Positions 35,601-47,600 of a stretch of 64,000 bases of DNA are shown here, in pieces. A program made the translations under genes and the position numbers. The notes below the pieces were generated by a model. That model saw only the letters and a list, made by a program, of their open reading frames with translations. It did not search any database and was not told the origin of the DNA. Origin of the DNA: Amphiscolops sp. MND2022 (taxonomy: Eukaryota); NCBI GenBank assembly GCA_964187785.1, contig OZ076420.1:51088001-51152000 (forward strand). The letters are read 5' to 3'. Position 1 is the first letter of the stretch, and the number at the start of each line of letters is the position of its first letter.

Positions 35601-38600
35601 GATCGAAATAGAAACCGAAGCGAAATCTCCTGATGTCGCTTTATCTAATATTTCGGATAGAGCACATTTTCCGGAATCTGTTGACCATCAGGCAGACGAT
35701 CGCCTCATTTCACAATTGAAAGAATTTGGCCTCTACGAAGTTTTTACAGAGAACAACCGAAGCGCAGACTATCCCGTCTCTTGACATCACTGGCTTTTAC
35801 TCCTTTTGTCAAATAAATCAAATAAACTTAGTCTCGTCAGGAGAATTCAGCGACATTCTTGATGATTTGCCCAATCGGTCAGAGCCAATAGACCTCGCTC
35901 TAGTACAAAATCAAGACGAGATCATTCGTGAAGTACTGCAATGGAAAGACCGAGGCTCGCCGGATGTGTCGCCAAATTTACCGATAGCTTTGCGAAAATA
36001 TCGTAAACAATTTCCACGCCTAATCATTGAGGACAAAGTTCTTTATCGACTTTATTATGACGATCAAGGAAAAGTCCAACACAAACAGTTCTGTGTCCCT
36101 AAATCCCTATGGCGCGAAGTAATTTACCGTTTGCATAACTCGCCGACGGCAGGCCATATGGGAATCAATAAAACGGTTGAAGAATTTAGAAAACGTTTTT
36201 ATTTTCCGAATTTCACAGAATACCTAACATCAACAATTCAAAATTGTTTGCAATGCTTGCAACTGAAACGTGTACCAAGCAAAAATCTGAAAACTCCGTT
36301 GCAACCGCTCTCCTCGTTAAAATCCTACCCGGGTGAAATGCTTCAAGTTGACCTTGTCGGTCCATTACAGTCTCCGCTCTACCGTTATGTACTTACGGGA
36401 ATTGATGTCTTTACAAAATATCTTTTCGCAGTCCCACTTACTAATGGGAGATCAGAAACTGTTGCACGAGAACTTGCGTCGATATTTTTCCGTCATAGTT
36501 ATCTTCCCAAAACAATTTTATCGGACTTGGGTACTACTTTTGTGAGTGACTTAATGCATGAACTAACTAAACTTTTGGAAATAAAATTGGAACATGCCAG
36601 TCTAAAACACCCTCAACCTGTAGGTGTTGTGGAGCGCTCGCATAGCGCCCTCAAACGAATTTTGAAGTTGAACACCACAGAGCAGTGGAATGACTGGTAC
36701 AAATACGTGCAACTTGCTGCATTTATTCATGATACTTTTTATCATTTTGCAATTGGAACAAGCCCAACCGCATTGTTTCATGGTCGCGAACCTTTGAAAC
36801 CCTTAGATCTTAGGTTTAATAACAATTCGCTTGAACGTACGCAACCGACTACAGAATATGTGCTTGCATTGCAGGATGCCATGCTACAAAAATTTTCCGC
36901 TACAAAAAGTAAAATGACTGAAATGTATAACAGATACCGAGCTTATTATGATTACAAGGCTGAGGCACAACCTCTCAAGCAGTTCTCGTTTTGCCTTCTT
37001 TTAAATCCAAAGCTCATGACGCAGTCTGATTTTTCGAGTAAGTTCCTTCCTATTTGGTTACCATTGTATCGAGTCGAGCAAGTTTTAACGAATTCAAATT
37101 ACATCATTCGAAAGGTAGGTACAAACTACACTCAATGCGTACATCGCATTCGTCTCCGACCGGTTGTACCGCAATATCAAGTTGACGACTTACCGCAAAT
37201 TGACCCGGATAAATTTCAACGCGATCCTATGCTTGGGCGATTCCGTGGAGAACCAGCTATTTTCGATGAAAGCATTCCAACTCTTCTGTTACCTCCCTCA
37301 GAGGAAACTAGTGTCGCTCACAACGAAGAAAAGCCTCCACCGGTTACGGTTTCGCTTAGTTTTCCTATTGCACCAGCCGTTATCCCGATGGGACCAGCTC
37401 CAGGGCCAGCAGTTCCACCCCTACCAGCTGCAGCAGCAGCTCCAGCAATTCCCGCACTGCCAGCCCAGGACGAAGAACAACAACCATCGCTTGTGCCATA
37501 TCTTGACGATGAATCCACAGATTCTCCGTCCTCTCCACGAGCGACTTCAGATGACGACCAGGCACGCTACGCAGGTCCATCTACACCCACCTCGGCCGAG
37601 CAAGCATCACGTACCGTCCGTCCGAAACTTCCGACTACCTCATCTCGCACTAATCGCACTTTGAATTTCGATGAGAATCGTGAAACAGTACCAGTCTTTA
37701 TTGGACGTGGACCTAAATCATATGGACAACCGTCATCTAGATCAGCGCTGACTCAGGTTCCAGGTACAAGCTTCCTGAAGGCAGATAAGCGCACACTCTT
37801 GCTAGACTCTTGTCAACGAACTCGACCTCCTTCTGATGCAAGTCCACGGGTCAACCCAACTACCACGCAACAGCTGACACCGCAATCTCCTCAGGAGTAT
37901 CTACAGCACCAAAAGGAAGTAAAAGCACGCTATAATTTCCGTAATTTGAAGAAAAGACTATCCTTATCCAATGTTTTAAACTCTATTTCCTCTGACAGTC
38001 ATCCGAACTTTTGCTTTTCTTCTTCGAATATCCTAGACTCTACAGAGTCTATAGCTCACTGTGTTTCCGCTGACTTTCATATGAAACGCGGTCTAGCATC
38101 TGCCATCGCTTACCGCCACCCTGCGCTTCGCCAACTCGAATTTAATACTCCAAAACGTTTACCACCGGGATCACTTGTCTCTTTTTTCGACCGCTTGAAT
38201 CAACGTTATATCTATAATTTAGTGACCAAAAAACGATTCTTTCATAAACCTCACTACGAAACACTTCAATTGAGTTTGATGGCCCTTCGTCAGCATTTAG
38301 AGCGCCATAAAATTCGGGCACTTAGCATCCCGAGACTCGGAAGTGGTCTTGACAAATTACATTGGCCAACTGTTTTTTCGATTTTATATCGTATTTTTTC
38401 AAAGTCTCCTATTACAATTATAATCATTCAGCCCCCCCGTTAACAGTGGAGTTTTCTTGGGATTCTGCGGTAACTTACAGCCCGCTTGACGGTGATCGTG
38501 ACTATTCTTTACAGTACCATATCAAAAAAATCATTAAAAATTCGAAAATTGACCTCTTCACAGGTAAAATTTCCAACATCAAAAAGTCGGATTGACCCTG

Positions 38601-41600
38601 GATTTGCGGTAACCAGGAATTTTTTACCTTGCTCTTTCTAGTTTTGACCCTACTTTTGACAAATAAAGAAAAATTTTTTTGGACCCTCAATGGCGCCACT
38701 TTTGCCATAGCCCTATTTCTGAACATTTCTATGATAGTAAGTTCCAAAAAACTACAGTCTTTGCATACTCTTTGATGCCTTTGCTTGGTTTGGCTTTTAA
38801 ACACTTTTATTGATTCCATACTTCTTTGCCTATTCAAATTTCCATGATGATTCATGATTACATTAGTGTAATGATTGAGTTATGAAATATTCAATGCCAG
38901 TATTTTCTGGCTCGCTTTGAGGGAACACCATCCTTTTCCTCACCCCCCTCATACATTCGATCATTGCTAAAAGAATTCTGCTTCAATTCTTAACTCCAGT
39001 TACTACCTTCCAGTGAAAATCCACAAGTTGCTAATTACTTACCTTTCGATTGGCCACTCAATCAACGGTTCACAATGAAATTTGCGATCTTTTTCACTGT
39101 GAATAATGTGTAATAAGAACACCGCCCGATTCCCAGGGGTTTTGTTGCAGGCGGGATATCGTATCCACCCTTTCCCCCCTTGATACCGCCAATAGATCAA
39201 TACGTCCCATCCGAGAAATTGAGCAGTTCCCAGAATCTGGCAAGACAAACATCAAAATAAGCATCCCACAACAAAAAAAAACAAAAAAAAGAAAGTACAA
39301 AAACATTTTAGAGCATCTCTGGCTCGTGTCTCACTTACCCAGGGCTCGCTGATATCCGCATTCGACTTGCACATTTTATCTAGTTCCCATATGTTTGGAT
39401 CATACCCCAGGCATTCTATGGACGTTTTTTCGAACTCCTCCGATTTCATATGCATCCCAATACTTGTGCGGATTCGTTTCAGAGCGGCACCGTCCTTTTT
39501 CTTATCTGCAATGTATGCACTTTGCCAACGTTTCTGGGATAGTTTCAAAAAAAAACTCAATGTTACCACTTTTCCGTCCGGTTAACAGCAAGAAGACACT
39601 TGATACCCAACATTCCCCCCCTTGGGCAAGAATGGCTCTACAAGAGGCCTCTTCTGGCTCGCCCAGACCCACCATTCGCAATCCGCTGTAATCATCCCGG
39701 ATTGTCGTGAACTTTATTGCCAGCTTTGCACACATTTGCTTTCTGGCACTTTCACTTACGCTGGTAGCTCTTTCCCAACGATGTCTTTCTTGCATTGCCC
39801 AGAAACATTCTGGACAATCGTGCAAGTACCTACAGCAATCATTATGTCATCATTTTTCCCGTAGTAATAGTTTTTTAGACATCTGACTCTTACATATTTA
39901 TGGCTCGGTCACATCCGCCTGTAAAAGGTGGTAATACGTAACCAGCCTCCAATAATGCCTGTCTCAACAATTTTATGCCCCGTGCATGCTTTTCTTTTCT
40001 TTTATGTACAGGCTCCAATACAGTGTACATGTCGGGAATTGTAGGTACTTTTTGCCCATTCCACAACAGTCCATTTCCGTCAATGGTAAAGAATTTTAGT
40101 CTCTATCCCCATGTATCCCTCAGTGCTTTTGTGCGCAATATTGTCTCATCAAATTTTTCAGTTGCTTTCATTTCCATAATAGCATCAAACATTGTTTGTT
40201 CCATCTTGATCTCTGAAAAAAATTCTTTGCTTGCAAATTTTACTCTGCCCTTAGATATTTTCCATTTATCTTTTGGCTTTTTTCGACAGCTTCCTTACTT
40301 ATTTTTCTTTTCAATTGCGTTTGTCTTGTCCAAAACTGGAGTTCAAGTTGCGATATTTGACACGATTTCCTTCTTTTACTATCTTTGCCTTCGATCCTAG
40401 ATTGTTTCATGTCTGGTAATTTATTCACAATTAAAGCTCTTTTTTCTCTTAACGTTTTATTGGCCTAGACTTCCTTCTGACTAATGGTGGTTGACTAATT
40501 CGGGGCGACTGCTCAAATTCAATTATAACTGCAAATTGTTAACACAGTGAAATTTAAACAAGCACATTCCTAGCAGTAAACGAAACCTAGCAAATTCTAT
40601 CAGTAACTGCAATTTTGTCTTTCGGTACAGTATTGTCATTTCACTGTAATGCTGTTTAGAATGACTGACTTTTCGGCACTTTTTTTACTTTCAATTGCCC
40701 TCCGCCTTGCTCTTGATCTTCTTCTTCTTCCGCTGCTTCTCTTTTACAACAGCGTAGTATCACAAGCCGGATTTTTTGAGCAGGAAACTTCCACCAGCAG
40801 CACAGGGCACTGGCCACTATGATAAAAGCAAAAATTATGACTTTTAACACACTTGTTTCCGAATTAGCCGTTTCGTTCACTGACTCATTGCAAATTAAAG
40901 GCTTTTGTGACACCCACACTTTCCCCCACTTGCACTTTCGATGGCTGTTCCATTCGTACAACAGTGAATTTTGTGGCCTCGCCACACTTGAATTTCACAC
41001 GCCTGCGCCACAGTATAACACAACCACACAGTGGCAATGATGAGCAATTTCATTTTACTAAAAAACTCGGACAAACGCTTGACAACTGAATAAACATTCC
41101 GCTCATTTCAGGGTCATTTTCAATAGTCCGAAATCGAACATCTGAGCTTTCACTCGCAGGTCGAACAACCAGTACCGTAAACATGACTTGACAATACAAA
41201 CTTTAACATCTCGAATTTTGTAAATATCAAAAGGGCACCGGATGTTGACAAAAATTTCGAATAACAAATCTTGTGATCTCTCAACTATTCACAGCTCCGC
41301 CCCCAAAATACCCAATGTGCCATTCTTGCATTTGCGATCCTTTGAACTAGTCGATAGTATTCTTTCGACAATTTTCTCTTTTACGCTACCTTTCAAAAAA
41401 AACAAAAGGGAAAAACAGCCCACGAAGAAAAACGGATCGATGTTGGTTTTGTTCCTACTGGTTTTCTTCACCCCTGCTTCAGTTCGAATTGAGTGTCTTT
41501 CTAATTTAGAAGCCTCCAATAACCCGAACGAAATCCAAGAAAAGGGCGTTCTGTTCCATGAACGCAGTAAAATCTTGCTTGCGGAGAAATTTATAAAAAT

Positions 41601-44600
41601 TGAATTTTTAGTTCCCTTCCCGACTTACGTCTTCGCACTTAGACCGGATATTGTGGCCTTAATGGCCAAACTCGCGTCGATGTGGGAACTTCCATCTATC
41701 TGTTTTTTGTCCCTTGGATTTTTCAAGTCACTTTTCAACAAATTCAACGCCGTTCAATGTCACCTGGATGTTACAACAAATAGAAACTGAAATCCACACT
41801 GCGGAGCTCGAAGTTGCCCTCCTACGTAATGAAACAGCAATGTTTCTCTCCCCTCCTCAACAGCAGCGGAATACTCGCCACCGACGTGGATCCCAAGTGG
41901 GACTAGCGGCTCTTGCTGCAGTCGGCCTTTTTGGAGGAGGAGTGGCTCTTGGTAGTTCTGACTCTTGTGGACTACAAGGCATTTTTGGTTCCTGTCAGGA
42001 CGATGCGAAGGCAAATGCCGAAAATATTCGCAAAGTATCAGACTTCCAGGACGTTTTAACCCAGTATGTAACCGAATTTACAACATCTACGGACAAAAAA
42101 TTTTTATGGTTGAAAATGAATTGGCGGCCCTTCACGACATCCAAAGGGAACTTGTTGATACGCAGAACAAAAACTGGGCACTTATTCAACAACAGTTTGA
42201 TGTTTTTGAGCATAATTTTCACGTACTTCGGGACTGCAACCAGTTACTATTTTCAAATCAGCAGTTGAACTTTAACTTCGACACTCTTTCGTCACTTCTA
42301 GCCATGATACATGCAAGTGTTAAGAGCTATCGCGCGGCCTTATTTGCATTCCGCATGAACATCTTGAATTCGATTCCCGTTATACTTAGAGGTCATTTGC
42401 CTATGTCCTTAGTACCAACGGAATCGTTATTGGCAATCCTTAGAAGTGTTGCGATACAACAGACGACGGCTGAGGATAGACTATCTCTCGCTATCCCAAT
42501 GTCAGATCTGCTGTCTTACTTTGACTCTAAGCTTTTAGCAGATGCTATAACTGTTACCGATGGTCTTTTGATGACCCTCAACATCCCGCTAGCATCTAAG
42601 CAAACCGTTTTCACTGTCTATGAAGCAAAATTAGTTCCGATGCCGTATCCAGACGATCCCCAGTCGGCTCTTACATGGAACATCGAAGCTCCATATTTAG
42701 CTTTGTCGGAGGATCACATGGAGTCATCTGTCCTCTCTGCAGAACAGTTTGAGCATTGTCTCGGCTCATCTCGTTACCGAATCTGTTCAGAATCTGTTCC
42801 AACAGAGATAGGACACTCGTCTTGTTTAGCCACCTTGTATTTCAGTACAGCATCGGAGGCTCTTGCAGTATGTGATACTACCATTGTACAACTGCCTACC
42901 ATAGAACAAGCAACAAACTTAGGCTATGGCATTTGGTTAATTCAATCCGCTCACGCAGTTACCCTTCGTGAAGTTTCATCTTCATCTGTTCAGGGCTCTT
43001 CTTTTCGCGGATGCCGCATATGTCTCATCACTTTAGCATGTGGAATGCAAATCATGACTGACAACATCAAAATCCGATCTGATCTATCAAGTTGCGCTCA
43101 CATTCCGCCAATAAAATTGCAAGTTTCTCTGCCTAATCCTATCGCTTCATTGGTTATGGAAGTCCCCCCTTTGGACGAATTACCGTTCTACACATCGAAA
43201 GCTGAAGCAGGAGTGAAGTTATTGAAGGAGGTAAAGCTACAGTTAGCAAAAGGACCAAAGAATCGTGAAGTCAAACATATGATCGACATTGCCAGACCAT
43301 ATGCATCAGAAATGAAACTCTTGAAACCAGCCTTAACGAAAGAATTTAATCAATATGTTCCGTTCCGAATTTCATTCATGCTGACATTAACTGTGTTCAT
43401 TGTATCGACAGCTTTGCACTTGATCTTTATGTACATTTATCATCGCTACAATCTGGCATCGAAATTGTTTCCATCCCTACTTGATAAAAATAAAAAAAGA
43501 GTGCGAGCTAAACCCATGATGAAATTGGAAACAACTGATTCTCATGCTGAGGATAAATTTCACAAAAAATTTGGACGAATATATCATCTTTCACGTTCAC
43601 AATCGAAAAGAAATCTAAACGAACCATCTACATCTGCTAATTGCGATCAAGTGCTCATGCAAAGTCCACTAGACCCCAGAATGGCCAGTTCAATGTTTGA
43701 ATACGAGACGACTGCATTCAAACAATGCCAACCCATTCAAAATCTTCAATCATCAATCAAAAAACATCCGAGTAACTGTCAAGTTACAATTAACCAAAAG
43801 GTTCCCGATACCGGAGACTTTGAAGCAGACCAAGCCGACACCATTGCTTGACTTCACGAACCTTCGGTTCAATCATTCATTCATCATTGAGATTGATCAA
43901 AACAAATCCTTTCATAAATTTTCGTCTGCAGTAATATGTAAACTATAAATGCAGTAATCTTTGGCTCTACAATATTCAACTGGACTGGATGAAATATACA
44001 ACTTTATCACAACATGAATCTGGGACTTGTGCTGCTCTCCAAAACACTTCTCTTTGGGCTCTTTCAATGGAATTATTGGAAGTAGACTACTCAACTTGGC
44101 AATTTCAGCTTCTAATCATCACTACACTACTCCTCAGACTGTATGATGGCTCTTTTTCAGACGCCGGAAGTTTTTCGATGAGAGGAAGTGTAACATAGCT
44201 GAAACATTCCGTTGTTGAGGACAAATGAACTGATTGAAAGAACTCTTAAATATTTGACCTTAAAACTATTTTACCTATGACAGAACGTTAACCTTTTAAC
44301 TATTTAATCAGCATCTATCTTTAAACAAATAACTATAATAATATCTATTAATACAAAAACATCAGTGCTGACAATAACTAGAGAATTGCATGGTTGTGTT
44401 TTCAAATAAGAAGATTGAGAACTAATCTGAGGATTGTGATCCATGTTCCGAAGACTTGGCTGCTCTCCATTCCTGCATCCAGCCGCCAGCCATAAATACT
44501 CATCTTAAAAGTAGAGATATAAGTATACTCAAACTTTATTTCATGCTTTGACGTTGATACAATATTCGTTTATATCAAATTGTTTTCTTGAACTCCTTCA

Positions 44601-47600
44601 TTTAAATACGTTTGGCCGCGTAGAATTTTTCAGCGATTCAAATTAGCGGCAACTAATAGATAGTCCAAATTCAAAAGGAGTTTCGAACAATTCTAACTCT
44701 TCATCTGTAAACTCCACACAGGTAAAAAAAATCTTGCAAAAATTGAATCAAGTTATCGCTTATATTTCAAACATTCTTTAATTTACACAATTTATAGCTT
44801 GCAGAAATAAAATTTCAGCGAACTATCGATTTTCAAATTAGCAATTAGCGGGAAAAAATTAGCGATGTCAAAACTCTGCTCCATACAAGAGCCCCCCCCC
44901 ACTGCTGTTTTCAGGTGGCTGGGTCTCAGTGGATGACGAACACAAGTGTCACGAGCACAAACGCAGCGATGATGATGATTATAACCTGAGGAACCTCATG
45001 CGGGGAAAGCGACCGTACATGGAGCCGGGAATTTACGTCTTGGAGTGGATGGAGATCGAGAATGGCATCTGGGGAATAGATGTTCCCAACTTCGGCCATG
45101 ATGCCTCCGGCAGTGTTAGCTACCACTACTCCATCGTGGTGGACTTCCACAAACAGTTGGCTGCTATCAAAGTCGGCGATTCCACCAATTCCTGTAAGTT
45201 ACCAAGTTACCGCGTAATCATTTTACGATTTGTTGAGATTGTCGTTCAAATGCAACGTATTCTGTCGGGAAGTTCAATTATTTAATGTTCCTCTGATGAA
45301 ACTGAACAGCAGAAGATCCCCATTTGCTCTATTGGCGCTCATCAAAAAACACTCAATTTATCAACTTTCACTATCCTTGACAATCCTACGAACTTCAAAC
45401 GTACAACAATGCCATTGAGAAAAAGAAAGTTTTGCGTTGATATAGCGTGTATGTACAGTTGAATCCGCTTAATTCGTATCGCTAGGGATCGAGTAAAATA
45501 GTACGAATAGTTAGAAATAGGAATTAACTGGATGCTATCACTTTGGCCGTCTCAGATACATAAGAATTGAACGAATTTTGGGGATACGAATTAACCGGAG
45601 TTTATGGTGTATGAAAATAGTTTTACCCATGATACGAAGGTGAGCGTTTTGGAAGTTTCTTGTGGGGTTACATTACATTGCAAGTACCTCCTTACAATTT
45701 CAATGGCCTTTCCATTGACAAAAAAAGTCATCTGAAGCCGAGTCGGGCTCTTGTCTGAATACCACCTCTTCCACTGTCATTTTTTTTGGAAAATAGTAAA
45801 AATGTTATAGCAAAAAGACTTGAATACAAACCAGAATCCTTCAATTTTCCATGGGGACAGTTTTGAATTGGGATACAAACTTTGTTCACGCTATTTTCGC
45901 CCATGAAGTCACACATTCTTGATACAGGAATCAACAGCTTCCTGTTTTGAGTCACAAAAAAAAACAGTAAAAACGAACATAATCACAGTCGAAATTTGAA
46001 AAATTGTATTCAAACAAAAAACTATTCTAATAGACGTTAACTTCCTGTTGTGAAAGAAGCTTTTACTTTTAATAAGGCCAGTCTGAAATTTATAACTGAA
46101 TTTATTTTCAAAAATTTTGGCGGGTGGATTTAGAAAAGAGCCTCGAGTTGCGACCCATACTCTTCTACAGCCGCCAAGATGTAACATGTTTCTGATTTGT
46201 TATTTTCCGCCCACATATAATGGGGCAGGAAAATCATAATCTGTTGCGTTTTTTTCCAAATTTTGCCAAATCTCCCAGTTTATCAACCTCACTTATTTTT
46301 GACACTCATAGTTACTTGACTATTTTAGTTACTTGACTATTTTAGTTACTTGTATTCAAAGTATATTGTGTTTTACTAGGAAGAAGAGGAGGTTCAAAAA
46401 TAATGCGCAAAATCCGAATTTTGAGGTTATATCCGAAGGAAATTGCGTTTTACCAAGGGAGGTAAATTTTCGATTAGGCGTCTATTAAACTAGCCAATTT
46501 AAGGCGGAAAATATCCGGTTCATAGCGGGCGTCTTGTTTGTCTTAGTCTCTCCCGAGTGTTTCGTGGGGCACACGTACGACCTGGGCATGCCGGAGCAGC
46601 AGGTGGTGGAGGACTTTCTGGGCGAGGTGCTGTTGCAGTCAGCTGTCGATGCACGTGGATAAGATGCAGTACTACTACTTCGAGCCCGTGCCCCTCCAGG
46701 CGGGCAGGAGGGTGGGCAGTGCCATAGAGCAGTTCTGCAGCGATGCACCCATCTTGGCCCTGGAGCCAGTCGTGGCTGAGATCAAGGAGCAGGTAGAGGT
46801 ATGTATGCACTGCATAGATAGAGATTCGAGAGAGATACCAATACTTTACCAATACTCAGGTTTTGTTGTTGGGTGCTTCATGAAATATAGACCGCTGACT
46901 ATGTGTGCCCTTTTGTCAGTTTTTTGTCAGTCCGACTGAAGAGATCAAAATGTTTAAACTTGAGTTTAGAAATTTTCTTGACGTTTTGCCGCTTTGACTT
47001 TTAGTTTTTGCCACTGTTTTTGTGCTATCAAGTCAACTTCTCTCAAAGATATTTTGTGAAACAATATTTTTTTTAATTTTTAAAGAAAAAAATTTAGAAT
47101 CCTGATATACTCTTTGTTCAGACTATTTCGTCTGATGAAGTCACGCATTGTTGATAAAGAAATCAACAGCTTCAATTTTTAAATGACAAAAAACGGTTGA
47201 TTCGAACATAATCACAATGTGAGAAAAATGTTTTGTTCTAACTAAAAAACCATTCCAATGAAAGTTAACTCACTGTTATGGAAAGATTTCACTTTTATTC
47301 ATGCTAGCTCAAAACACTTCAAAATTTCATTGAAAGATTCGATGGTGGAGGAAGGTAGAAAAAAGCCTGAAAACTCATTTTTTGTCCTAATCGTCCGGTA
47401 CATTGCTAATACGTCCTTTTTCACGTGCCACTAATGGTTGTGTTCTGCCCAGAGTTTTGACATCGCTAATTTTTCTCGCTAAACCGCTAATTACAAAATC
47501 GCTATTTCGCTGGAAAACTTTCTCTTCAAACTATTAAATGTTTGAATTCAAGTATATTTGAAAATTCAGTGATAACTGAATTCAATATTTGCCAAAAAAA

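Larger units (their letters stand above)
30644..44524 (+). mobile_element. 13.9-kb env-bearing Ty3/Gypsy (errantivirus-like) element in intron 1 of the host gene
   Basis: 336-bp direct repeats at 30644-30979 and 44189-44524 (1 mismatch seen); 5-bp TSD ATACT; PPT GAGAGGAAG; gag, pol and env in order. Confidence 0.95.

Noticed and set aside
39975-40400. Plus-strand hydrophobic ORFs between pol and env
   Set aside because: They are shadows of A-rich minus-strand coding sequence; their Phe/Leu/Ser richness follows from base composition.
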